Shown here one piece after another: positions 39,750-49,700 of a stretch of 64,000 bases of DNA. The stretch's first letter is position 1; each line of letters begins with the position of its first letter. The notes under the pieces are model-generated. The model did no database searches, was not told where the DNA came from, and was given only the letters and a program-made list of their open reading frames with translations. The stretch covers positions 32,001 to 96,000 of the forward strand of contig JBBRSP010000012.1 in the NCBI GenBank assembly GCA_038245295.1. Reading direction: 5' to 3'. A program made the position numbers and the translations under genes. This stretch comes from Candidatus Binatia bacterium (GTDB taxonomy: Bacteria; Desulfobacterota; Binatia; HRBIN30).

Positions 39750-41402
39750 ATGCTGTCGATCGACGAGATTCGAGCCATCCCACTGTTTTCAACGCTGGCC
39801 GATTGCGAGCTGGAGCGGCTGGCGAACACCTCCGCCGACATGCATCTCGCGGCTGGAGAGTTCGCGGTTCCCGAAGGCGGCGAGCGCGCCCTGTTCGCCG
39901 TCCTTGCCGGCAAGATCGAGGTCGTCAAGGCGGTAGAAGGTATCCAGCGCACGCTGGGGTGGCGCCTGCCGGGCACCATCTTCGGCGAGGTTCCGATCAC
40001 CCTCGGAACGCCATTCCCGGGTGGCTATCGCGCCGCCGAGCCGTCGCGCGTTCTGCGCGTCGAGGTCCAACACTATTACGCCGTCGCCGCGGCGGCACCG
40101 GAGATTTCGCTGAAGCTCAGTGCGCTGGCGCGCGATCGCATCGGTGGTCTTCAGGGCATTGCCGCCGAACGGCCAAAGCCGCGTGTCGTCGTGCTCGGCC
40201 ACCGCTGGGACACCGAATGCGGCGACCTGCGACGCTTTCTGGCGCGCAACCAGGTTACCTACGAGTGGGTAACTCCCGATTCCCCCGACCTGAAGAAATG
40301 CTGGGCAGGCGACTGTCCGCCCCAGAGCGATGCGCCGGTGCTGCAATTCGCCGACGGCACGGTGATCACCCGGCCGTGCACCCGGGATCTGGCCGAGCGC
40401 CTCGGACTGCAGACCCGGCCCAGCCTTCCCGAGTACGACACCGTGATCATCGGCGGCGGTCCAGCGGGGCTTGCCGCAGCCGTGTACGGCGCGTCCGAGG
40501 GCTTGCGCACCTTGGTCATCGAACGCGAGGCACCCGGCGGCCAGGCCGGAACGTCGTCACGGATCGAGAACTATCTCGGTTTCCCCAGCGGCGTATCCGG
40601 TGACGAGCTCGCCAGTCGCGCCTTACAGCAAGCAAAACGGCTTGGTGCGGAGATTGTCGTCACACGCTCGGTCGCACGTATCGATCCGACGACGCGCGAG
40701 GTCTTTCTCGATGGTGATGACGTGGTTCACGCCAGAACGATCATCCTCGCCAGCGGCGTGACCTGGCGCCGCCTGGCCATCGACGGTTTCGACAAGTTCA
40801 TCGGCAAGGGCATCTACTACGGTTCGGCGCGCAGCGAAGCGAGCGCCACACACGGACTGGACGTATACTTGATCGGCGCCGGCAATTCGGCCGGTCAGGC
40901 GGCACTCTATTTCGCCAATCACGCCCGCCGCGTGACCCTCGTCGTGCGCGGCGATTCGCTGGAGAAGAGCATGTCGCACTACCTCATCGAGCAGTTGCGC
41001 GGTCGATCAGACATCGCCCTGCAACTACGATCGGAAGTGAAAGCGGTATACGGCGACACCCACCTGACGGCGATCGACATCCTGGATCGTACTACCGGAG
41101 AGACGAGCCGACACGACTGCGGTGGGCTTTTCGTGTTCATCGGAGCCGACGCCGAGACCAGCTGGCTGCCGAGCGAGATTGCACGCGACGCCCTCGGCTA
41201 CATCCCGACGGGCGATGACGTGGTCAAAGCCGGCCGCTGGTCCTACGACCGCGACCCGTACCTTCTCGAATCAAGTGTCCCCGGCATCTTCGCCTGCGGC
41301 GATGTAAGACTGAGCCCGATCAAACGCGTCGCTGCCGCGGTGGGTGAGGGCAGCATGGCGATTGCGTTCGTCCATCAATACCTTCGCAGTCCTGCGTCGT
41401 AG
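39750..41402 (+). CDS. cNMP-binding domain fused to thioredoxin-reductase-like FAD oxidoreductase
   Basis: FGEV cNMP pocket; IIGGGPAGLAAAVYGASEG, GGQAGTSSRIENYLGFP, GAGNSAGQAA, GIFACGD. Confidence 0.9.
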   Translation: MLSIDEIRAIPLFSTLADCELERLANTSADMHLAAGEFAVPEGGERALFAVLAGKIEVVKAVEGIQRTLGWRLPGTIFGEVPITLGTPFPGGYRAAEPSRVLRVEVQHYYAVAAAAPEISLKLSALARDRIGGLQGIAAERPKPRVVVLGHRWDTECGDLRRFLARNQVTYEWVTPDSPDLKKCWAGDCPPQSDAPVLQFADGTVITRPCTRDLAERLGLQTRPSLPEYDTVIIGGGPAGLAAAVYGASEGLRTLVIEREAPGGQAGTSSRIENYLGFPSGVSGDELASRALQQAKRLGAEIVVTRSVARIDPTTREVFLDGDDVVHARTIILASGVTWRRLAIDGFDKFIGKGIYYGSARSEASATHGLDVYLIGAGNSAGQAALYFANHARRVTLVVRGDSLEKSMSHYLIEQLRGRSDIALQLRSEVKAVYGDTHLTAIDILDRTTGETSRHDCGGLFVFIGADAETSWLPSEIARDALGYIPTGDDVVKAGRWSYDRDPYLLESSVPGIFACGDVRLSPIKRVAAAVGEGSMAIAFVHQYLRSPAS

Positions 41403-41440
41403 AGCTTCGACAACCCGCGCGAGACGTTGACGAAGCCAAC

Positions 41441-42952
41441 CTACGGCTGTTGGATCGGACAGCCGTCCTGTACCCGTTCCACGGCGGCAAGCAGCTCGTC
41501 GATTGTTACCGCCGCATCGCCATTGCGATCCATGGGAGTACAGCGTGAAAGAGGGCTGACTTCGAGTGCGATCGCAACGCCGAGGACCAGCTCATCAATC
41601 GTTACGGCGTCGTCGCCATTGCAGTCTCCGAGACACGGTGGCTGATAGAGAGACTTCAGACGCTGCGTGCCTGCCGCCGTTCCATCCGTCACCCATAGGT
41701 CGAGCGGTTCGGAATTCCCTTCGCCGGTGGTGATGAAGGCAAGCGGACCAACTGGGGTAACGAATGACCGGCTTGGCAAATCAACCAACTTGACGGTCCC
41801 GGCTGGAGTGCCATCGGTGTGCCAGACCGAGAAGGCTGTATATTGAGCAACGGCGTACACCCCGTATCCAGCCGTCGGCGATAGGGATGGCACTGGAAAG
41901 AAGGCAGAGCTTTGCTGCTGCCTGATCTCGGCGAGAGACTCGCCGGCCCCGAAGACGTCTCCCACTTGCAAATCGAAGAGGCCGTCAGCCTGGTAACTGA
42001 GGCCGATGATCCGGTCGCCGTCGAGCACCGTCTGCGCAGCCCACGGTAGTGAGGCCATCACCGTACCTTCCGGGGTCCCATCGGTTCGGATCAGCCCTGG
42101 CATGAAGCCAACCGAGACGAAGGCGTAGTGGGCCGTGTGGAAGCGGAAGGTCTCGGCAAAGCTTGGGAGATCGAGCAGAGGAGAAGCCCCCGGCGGGGCA
42201 GAGGTCACCTGCCATAATTGCGGCTGCTGCGTACCACCCTTCACCAGGAACCAGAGGCGACCGTCGATCAGCAGCACATCCCCGGTGATCCCTCCGGTAA
42301 GTCCCAAGCCGCTGGGATTCGCGTCGACGAAGAGGTGCGTACCGTCTTCCGTTCCATCGGTCACCCACAACTCGCGGTCTGGAGCGGGGCTACTGGCAGC
42401 GAAGTACACGACATCTCCGACCACCGTGAGTGATCCCGGGATGGAGTCGATGCGGCCCGGGTTAATGTCCTTGACCAAGCGGGTGCCATCGGCCGTCCCA
42501 TCACTCACCCACAATTCCAACCCGGATTGGGGCGTTGCCAATTGGAACGCAACGAAGCCCGGCGCCGCGACCATTGCTCCCCGCACGCTTGTGCCGCGTA
42601 GCGATTGGGTGCCCAGGATGGACGCCACGAAGACCGTGCCCGCCGATGTCAGATTTGTCTTCCACAGCTCGACGCCCTCGCCACCGGGTAACTGCGCCGG
42701 GATGAGCAGGTAACAGTCCGGCCCCCGAACGGCGGTCAGGAGCACCCCTGGACCGCTGATCTCGGCAAAGCTCTCGGTACCCACAACCGTGCCGTCGCTG
42801 CGCCAAAGAGTCATACGACCTGCATCCGCGACGATGGCCAACAACTGGTTCCCGATGGCCACCGTCGCCGCAACGCCCGCCGCGGATGCTCTGCCCATGC
42901 CCGCTACAAACATCGCCAAGGCTGACACCAAAATCATCAAGATCCGAGACAC
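41441..42952 (-). CDS. Secreted ELWxxDGT-repeat beta-propeller with C-terminal dockerin-like domain
   Basis: GTG after GGGGAGGGG; signal peptide; LWRSDGT, ELWVSDGT, ELWVTDGT, DLWVTDGT repeats; CLGDCNGDDAVTIDEL...CTPMDRNGDAAVTIDELLAAV...GC. Confidence 0.85.
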   Translation of the reverse strand: MSRILMILVSALAMFVAGMGRASAAGVAATVAIGNQLLAIVADAGRMTLWRSDGTVVGTESFAEISGPGVLLTAVRGPDCYLLIPAQLPGGEGVELWKTNLTSAGTVFVASILGTQSLRGTSVRGAMVAAPGFVAFQLATPQSGLELWVSDGTADGTRLVKDINPGRIDSIPGSLTVVGDVVYFAASSPAPDRELWVTDGTEDGTHLFVDANPSGLGLTGGITGDVLLIDGRLWFLVKGGTQQPQLWQVTSAPPGASPLLDLPSFAETFRFHTAHYAFVSVGFMPGLIRTDGTPEGTVMASLPWAAQTVLDGDRIIGLSYQADGLFDLQVGDVFGAGESLAEIRQQQSSAFFPVPSLSPTAGYGVYAVAQYTAFSVWHTDGTPAGTVKLVDLPSRSFVTPVGPLAFITTGEGNSEPLDLWVTDGTAAGTQRLKSLYQPPCLGDCNGDDAVTIDELVLGVAIALEVSPLSRCTPMDRNGDAAVTIDELLAAVERVQDGCPIQQP

Positions 42953-43164
42953 GGCCCCTCCCCCTAAAAAACACTGCGTCCAAGGAACGTCTCCCCAATG
43001 GCGGACGATCTGACACACGGCAATCGTCGCTGTCAAAGGCTCTGGTGATTGTCGCGACCAGGTAGTGGGTCCATTTGAAAACCGAGGCAGTGAGGGATTC
43101 GTCATTCCTGCGAAAGAGACTGTCGATTTTCTCTGATTCATCGCTTGAGACTGCGCGAACACCC

Positions 43165-43241
43165 CGTCATACCGGCGAAAGCCGGTATCTCCCCATCATT
43201 GCCTTCCGCTCGAGGAGATCCCGGCTTTCGCCGGGATGACG
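43165..43241. repeat. REP-like double palindrome (GTCATxCCGGCGAAAGCCGG family)
   Basis: cgtcataccggcgaaagccggtatctcc ... ggagatcccggctttcgccgggatgacg; half copy at 43100-43116. Confidence 0.75.
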
Positions 43242-43327
43242 TTGCCTACCCTTGGGAATCAAACGGACCCACTACCCGTGACCATGTGGGCTCGCCAAAA
43301 CGCTGTCGGCATGACAAATTCCCGCGC

Positions 43328-43741
43328 ATGCCTGACTACAGTTTGTTCGGCGACGAACACGTCGCCAAGTACGAAGCGACCGGCGGTAAGGTCGGTCACG
43401 ATTGGAACGACACGAGCTGCCTGATCCTGCACACGCGTGGCCGCAAAAGCGCCACGCTACGCAAGTTCGCGCTCATCTACGGGCGCGATGGCGAGGATTA
43501 CGTACTCATCGCCTCAAAGGGCGGCGCACCCGACAACCCTGGTTGGTACAAGAATCTCGTTGCCCATCCCGACGTCGAGATCCAGGTGTGGGACAAAGTG
43601 ATTCCCGTCACCGCCCGCACCGGCACGGCGGCCGACAAGCAACGCGTCTGGCCGGCGATGGCTAAGCAGTGGCCGGGGTACGATGAGTACCAGCGGAACA
43701 CGAAGCGGGACATTCCCGTCGTCTTGTTGCGGCCGCGCTGA
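43328..43741 (+). CDS. Deazaflavin (F420)-dependent nitroreductase-family oxidoreductase
   Basis: LHTRGRKS, ASKGGAPDNPGWYKNL, YDEYQRNTKRDIPVV. Confidence 0.9.
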   Translation: MPDYSLFGDEHVAKYEATGGKVGHDWNDTSCLILHTRGRKSATLRKFALIYGRDGEDYVLIASKGGAPDNPGWYKNLVAHPDVEIQVWDKVIPVTARTGTAADKQRVWPAMAKQWPGYDEYQRNTKRDIPVVLLRPR

Positions 43742-43891
43742 GCAAGGGCGCGACGGCGCTGACCAGGAGAGAGTCCATGGAGCGAAAGACGCAGCTGTCG
43801 ATCGAAGACGGCCGTGGACGAAGAGCTGCGGCTAGAGGCTGACGACTAAGTCCACACCCCAAATATCCAACAGAAATTCTACGATTCGCAC

Positions 43892-43921
43892 TTGCCACAA
43901 AGCGAAAATTAGGCGAAAACT
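43892..43921 (+). promoter_or_regulatory. Candidate promoter with LexA-type operator upstream of imuA
   Basis: TTGCCA (-35-like, 43892-43897) followed by direct repeat GCGAAAA-TTAG-GCGAAAA (11-bp period). Confidence 0.5.
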
Positions 43922-43927
43922 GCCGCT

Positions 43928-44728
43928 GTGCTGGTCTCCACCTCCAACCAAGCACTGGCGGCAGACCACCCTCCTGCCGCCGGCGAGACGCGCCCCTTGC
44001 AGCGGGCGCGTCTCGCCGCCCTCCCCTTACCCGGGCGGATTCATTTTGGCCTGACCACTCCGGAGCCGCTGCGTCGTTTATCGACGGGGCATACCGAGCT
44101 CGACGCGTTGCTCGCCGGTGGTGTGCCGCGCGGACGCATCAGTGAAATTCTCGGCTCGGCTTCTTCGGGGAAGACTACCGTGTTGTTGTCGTGTCTGGCG
44201 GCGGCGACGCGGCGGCAGGAAGTCGTAGCGTATGTCGATATCGCCAATGCCTTGAGTCCGGAGTCGGCGGCGCGGGCCGGCACCGATCTACGGCGTTTCC
44301 TGTGGGTGCGGCCGCCACACATCAAAGCCGGCTTCAAATGTGCCGAGTTATTGCTGCAAGCCGGCGGCTTTACCCTGGTGGCGCTTGATCTCGGCAACCA
44401 TCCGCCACAACGTCTGGCCGCCAATATCTGGCCGCGGCTACTGCACGGTGCCGAGCAATCTCAAACCGCCTTTATTGTTCTCGCCCGTGCGTGTGCGGCC
44501 GGCAGCTTTGCGGTGTTGAGTTTGCGTTTGCGGCCACAGCGGCCGCGTTGGTTGAACGGCGCCTGGCCATTGTTCGATGGCCTCGACAGTCGGGCGGTTC
44601 TGGAGCGCAACAAGCTGGGGATTCCCGGGGAGGGTTCGGTGGCGTTGCGGATGGGGCCTATGGGACAGATGGGACTTGAGGGGCGGATGGATGCGGAGGG
44701 ATCTGATCTTTTTTGTGCGGGCACGTGA
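43928..44728 (+). CDS. imuA: RecA-like ImuA protein
   Basis: LSTGHTELDALLAGGVPRGRISEILGSASSGKTT, FLWVRP; first gene of the imuA-imuB-dnaE2 cassette. Confidence 0.85.
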   Translation: MLVSTSNQALAADHPPAAGETRPLQRARLAALPLPGRIHFGLTTPEPLRRLSTGHTELDALLAGGVPRGRISEILGSASSGKTTVLLSCLAAATRRQEVVAYVDIANALSPESAARAGTDLRRFLWVRPPHIKAGFKCAELLLQAGGFTLVALDLGNHPPQRLAANIWPRLLHGAEQSQTAFIVLARACAAGSFAVLSLRLRPQRPRWLNGAWPLFDGLDSRAVLERNKLGIPGEGSVALRMGPMGQMGLEGRMDAEGSDLFCAGT

Positions 44729-46240
44729 GTGCGGCTCGCTTGTCTCTATGTTCCGCAATTTCCTTTGGCGGCGCTGCTGCGCAGTTCTCCGGAGCTCCGC
44801 GGCGAAGCCGTCGTCGTGGTCGAGCAGATTGCGCCGCGTGGCCGTATTGTTGCTGTCTCGGAAGCGGCCGAGCGGCGTGGCATTCGTTACGGCTCGAGTC
44901 TGGCGCAGGCGCATGGGATCGACGCCGAGGTGCAGGCGCGTGTCGTCTCGGTCGACACCATCGCCGCAGCCCAGGCTGCCCTGTGTGATGCCGCGGCTTC
45001 GTTCACGCCACGCCTCGAAGACGCCACCGAAGGTCTGGTCTATCTCGATCTGAGCGGACTAGGCGCGCTCTTCGAATCGGAGTTGCAACTAGCCCATGCA
45101 CTGTCGCGGCGCGCCTGGCAGCTTGGGTTGGAAGCCCAGGTTGGGGTCGGCAATTCCAAGAATGCGGCGCTGCTGGCGGCACGCCATGGCGGCGGCGTGC
45201 GGGTGATCCCGCCGCAAGAGGAATGGAGCTTCCTGGCGCCGGTGGCGATCAGCGCCCTCGAACCGAATCCGACGTTGGCGGCAACACTGCAGCGCTGGGG
45301 TATCCGCACGGTGGGCGATCTGGTGTCGCTGCCGGTGCAACAGATCGGCGCGCGCCTGGGTCCGGAAGGCACCGCCCTGTGGCATCGCGCTCGTGGGGAT
45401 GAGGATCGTCCGCTGGTGGCGCGCACCCTGCCGCTGCACTTCGAAGAAGGACAAGATCTCGACTATGGCATCGACAATCTGGAGCCGCTGCTGTTCGTGG
45501 CGCGCGGCCTGTTGGATCGACTGATCACACGCCTGGCGTTGCGCGGACTCATCTGTGGCGACTTGCGTTTGTCGTTACGTCTGGCCACACGCGGGCGTGA
45601 CGACCGCACCGTCACCATCGCCGCGCCGAGTAATGATCTCAAAGCCCTGCTGGCGTTGCTGCGCCTGCACCTCGAAAGCCATCCACCGGCCGCCGCAATC
45701 GAAGGCATCCGCCTGACGGCCCTGCCCGAACGCCTACGCGCTTCCCAACTCGATCTCTTTCTCCCACCCGGCCCGGCACCGGCCAAACTCGCCGTGACCC
45801 TGGCCCGCCTGTCGGCCCTGTGCGGCAGCGAACACGTCCGCGCCCCGGCCCTGGCCGACTCGTATCGACCGGATGCGTATCAGGTGGAGGAGTTCAGGGT
45901 CCAGGAGCAACAAGCGGTTGCGCGGTTAGGCGGTTACGCGGTCAAGGGAGCAACAACTCGCATAACCGCCAACCGCCTGGCTTTAGCTCTACGCGCCCTC
46001 CGACCGCCGCACGAGATCGAAGTATTCTGCAATCGCGACCGCCCCGACTTCGTGCGCGGGCCCCACTTTGCCGGACGTGTCGTGCAAGCCGCCGGCCCAT
46101 GGCGTGTGCACGGCGAGTGGTGGAGCGAAGGTGCCTACCTGCGCGACTACTACGATGCCTCGCTGAGCGACGGTGGGGTGTATCGCCTCTACTACGACGT
46201 GACGACACGCCGTTGGTTCGCGGATGCGCAGTACGACTGA
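44729..46240 (+). CDS. imuB: Y-family polymerase-like ImuB
   Basis: RLACLYVPQF, VYLDLSG, WGIRTVGDL, clamp-binding QLDLF, GPWRVHGEWW, RDYYD. Confidence 0.9.
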   Translation: MRLACLYVPQFPLAALLRSSPELRGEAVVVVEQIAPRGRIVAVSEAAERRGIRYGSSLAQAHGIDAEVQARVVSVDTIAAAQAALCDAAASFTPRLEDATEGLVYLDLSGLGALFESELQLAHALSRRAWQLGLEAQVGVGNSKNAALLAARHGGGVRVIPPQEEWSFLAPVAISALEPNPTLAATLQRWGIRTVGDLVSLPVQQIGARLGPEGTALWHRARGDEDRPLVARTLPLHFEEGQDLDYGIDNLEPLLFVARGLLDRLITRLALRGLICGDLRLSLRLATRGRDDRTVTIAAPSNDLKALLALLRLHLESHPPAAAIEGIRLTALPERLRASQLDLFLPPGPAPAKLAVTLARLSALCGSEHVRAPALADSYRPDAYQVEEFRVQEQQAVARLGGYAVKGATTRITANRLALALRALRPPHEIEVFCNRDRPDFVRGPHFAGRVVQAAGPWRVHGEWWSEGAYLRDYYDASLSDGGVYRLYYDVTTRRWFADAQYD

Positions 46241-46250
46241 AAAAGATTTC

Positions 46251-46725
46251 ACCGCAGAGGCGCAGAGCCGCCGAGCGAGAGACCGCAGAATTTGAAAGAG
46301 TACAACAGTGAAACGGGATCCTTTGACGAATTCAATCATCGGTGCAGCGATTGAAGTGCATCGGATCATGGGTCCCGGTCTCCTCGAAAGCATTTACGAG
46401 GATTGCCTGGCCTACGAACTGTCGCAACGTGGCCTTAGCTTCGAACGACAATACCCCCTCGTCATCACCTACAAAGGTCATCCAGTGGGAGCAAATTTGA
46501 AAATTGATCTTTGGGTCGAGAGGCGAGTAGTCGTTGAATTGAAGTCGCTGGCAACGTTGTTACCCGTCCATGAGGCGCAACTACTCACCTATCTCCGATT
46601 GAGTGGTTCTCCCGTCGGATTGCTCGTCAACTTCAACGTCCTCCTTCTCCGAGACTGCATCAAACGCATGGTTCATCACTACCAGACCCCTCATTCCGAT
46701 CTCGGTGCCTCTGCGCCTCTGCGGT
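46251..46725. mobile_element. GxxExxY gene unit bounded by 25-bp inverted repeats
   Basis: accgcagaggcgcagagccgccgag (46251-46275) versus ctcggtgcctctgcgcctctgcggt (46701-46725), 23/25 complementary. Confidence 0.55.
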
Positions 46726-46727
46726 AA
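46308..46727 (+). CDS. GxxExxY protein (PD-(D/E)XK nuclease-like)
   Basis: IIGAAIEVHRIMGPGLLESIYEDCL, IDLWVE, VELKS, EAQLLTYLRL, GLLVNF. Confidence 0.92.
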   Translation: MKRDPLTNSIIGAAIEVHRIMGPGLLESIYEDCLAYELSQRGLSFERQYPLVITYKGHPVGANLKIDLWVERRVVVELKSLATLLPVHEAQLLTYLRLSGSPVGLLVNFNVLLLRDCIKRMVHHYQTPHSDLGASAPLR

Positions 46728-49700
46728 TGAAATTCATCGAGCTCCACACGCGCAGCGCGTTCAGTTTCCTCGAAGGCGCTTCCCTCCCCGAGGGTCTCGT
46801 TGGGCGCGCCGCCGAGCTCGGCTACCCGGCGCTGGCCCTCAGCGACCGCGACGGCCTGTACAGCGCTCCACGTTTTCATCAAGCCGCCAAGAAGGCCGGT
46901 GTGCGGGCGATCATCGGGTGTGAGGTTACGCTGGTGGATTCTCATCCCAGCCTAGCCGCCAACCGCCTTGTCCTGCTGGCTTCCAACCGCAAAGGCTACC
47001 AAAACCTCAGCCGCCTGATCACGCAGACCAAGCTGCGCGCCGCCAAGGGCGCCTCGTCGGCGACCTGGAATGATCTGGAAGAGCACAGTGAAGGGCTCAT
47101 CTGTATTACCGGGGATCCATTGGACCACGCGGTTACGCGGCTACGCGGTTACGCGGTTCACGAAGAGGTGGATCGCCTAACCGCCTACCGCCTACCTATA
47201 TTGGATCGCCTACGTTCCCTCTTCCCCAACCGCCTCTACATCGAGTTGCAACGTCACCTTGATCCCGAGGAGGAGCGGCGCAATCGTTTCCTCATCGATG
47301 TCGCGACGCACTATGGCTTGCCGTTGGTGGCGACCAACGATGTGCGTCACGCCTTGCCGCAAGGCCGGCGATTGCTCGACATCCTCACATGCATTCGCGG
47401 CAAAACCACACTCGACGCCGCCGGGCGCTTGTTGCTCAACAATGCCGAGCGTCATTTGAAGTCGCCGGCTGAGATGGTGCGGCTGTTTCGCGATCGCCCC
47501 GACGCCATCACCAACACCCTGCGCATCGCCGAGCAATGCGAGTTCACACTCGCTGATCTCGGCTATCGTTTCCCCGACTATCCCTTGCCCGCCGGCGAGA
47601 CGCCGATGGGTCATCTGCGTGAGCTCACCGATGCCGGAGCACGCGGACGTTACGGCACGTTGAACACGCGGGTGAAGCGGCAACTCGAGCATGAGCTCAA
47701 CATCATCGGCAAGCTCAACCTGGCCGGCTACTTCCTGATCGTCTGGGACATCGTCGAGTTTTGCCGGCGCCACGGCATCCTGGCGCAGGGACGCGGCTCC
47801 GCTGCCAACTCGGCGGTTTGTTATTCGCTCGGCATCACCGCCGTCGATCCAATCGGCATGGAGCTTTTGTTTGAGCGTTTTCTTTCCGAAGAGCGCGGCG
47901 AGTGGCCGGATATCGACATCGATCTACCAAGCGGCGATCAACGCGAACGCGTCATTCAGTACGTCTACCAGCGTTACGGCGAACGCGGCGCGGCGATGAC
48001 CGCCAACGTCATCACCTACCGCACGCGCAGCGCCGTGCGGGAGGTCGGCAAGACCCTCGGTTTCTCGTTGGAGCAAGTCGACAAACTCTCGAAGCTGCTG
48101 CGGCGCTTCGAGTTCCGCGACAGCGACGACGATCTCGCCGTGCAGTTGCGCGAAGGCGGCGTCGACCCCCAGGCGCCACGTGTGCAGTTGCTGGTCGACA
48201 TGGTGCAGCAGATCCAGAACCTGCCGCGCCATCTCGGCCAACACTCCGGCGGCATGGTGATCGCGGCGGGGCGGCTCGACGCCGTGGTGCCGCTGGAGCC
48301 GGCGTCGATGCCCGGGCGTGTCGTCGTGCAATGGGACAAAGACGACTGCGCCGACCTCGGCATCATCAAGGTCGATCTGCTCGGCCTCGGCATGATGGCC
48401 GTGTTGGAAGAAACCATCCCGCTGATTCGTGAGCACGAAGGAGCCGACATCGACCTGGCGCATCTACCGGCCAACGATCCGAAGACCTACTCGATGCTGC
48501 AGCAGGCCGACACCATCGGCGTGTTTCAGGTCGAAAGTCGGGCTCAGATGGCGACCCTGCCGCGCATGAAGCCGACGTGTTTCTACGATCTCGTCGTCGA
48601 GGTAGCGATCATCCGACCAGGCCCGATCGTCGGCCAGATGGTGCATCCCTATCTCAATCGTCGCAACGGCCGCGAAGCGGTAACCTATGCCCATCCCGAC
48701 CTCGAGCCGATCCTCAAGCGCACTCTCGGTGTGCCGCTCTTCCAGGAGCAACTGTTGCGCATGGCCATGGTGTTGGCCGGCTTCACCGGCGGCGAAGCCG
48801 AGGAGTTGCGCCGCGCCATGGGTTTCAAACGTTCAACGGAGCGTATGCAGCAGATCGAAGAGCGACTGCGCAGCGGGATGTCCAAGCGCGGCATCAGCGG
48901 CGAGGCGCAAGATGAGATCGTGCGCGGCATCACCTCGTTTGCACTCTACGGGTTCCCCGAGAGTCACGCCGCCAGCTTCGCCTTGCTGGCCTATGCCTCG
49001 GCGTATCTGCGCGCGCACCACCACGCCGCCTTCGTGTGCGCCATGCTCAACAACTGGCCCATGGGTTTCTACCATCCCGCGACTTTGGTGAAGGATGCGC
49101 AGCGGCACGGCGTGCGGGTGCTGCCGATCGATGTGATGCGCTCGGGGTGGAAATGCGGCTTGGAAAAGACACCACGGCGGCACGGAGACACGAAGGAGTT
49201 GGCCGTTCGTTTGGGGCTACGTTACGTCACTGGCCTGCGTGAGGACACGGCCAGGCGCATCGAGCGTGAGCGTGCCGGGGCGACATTTTGTTCGCTGCCC
49301 GACGTCGTTCATCGCTGCGACCTGCGTGACGACGAAGCCCAGACCTTGGCGCATCTCGGCGCCTTTGCCTCGCTGGGTCCGGCACGTCGTGAGGCCTTGT
49401 GGCAAGTCACCGCCATCCCACGAGAACCGTTGTTCCGCGGGACAACCTCCGCGCCTCCGCGTCTCCGCGGCGAAGAATCCCCGTTGCCTGAGATGTCCGC
49501 CCTGGACCGCACCTTGGCCGACTACAAAGCCAGTGGACTCACGGTGGGCTCACACATCGTCAAGCATCAACGGGAAGAACTCAACGCCGCCGGCGTTCTG
49601 CGCTCTGTCGATCTCAAGAACGCACGCGACGGGCGCTGGGTAAAGATCGCCGGCCTGGTCATCGTGCGCCAACGGCCGGGGACAGCGAAGGGCATGTGCT

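Noticed and set aside
43777..43842. 21-codon ORF with AGGAG RBS (MERKTQLSIEDGRGRRAAARG)
   Set aside because: Too short to support; possibly a gene stump, with no recognisable family.
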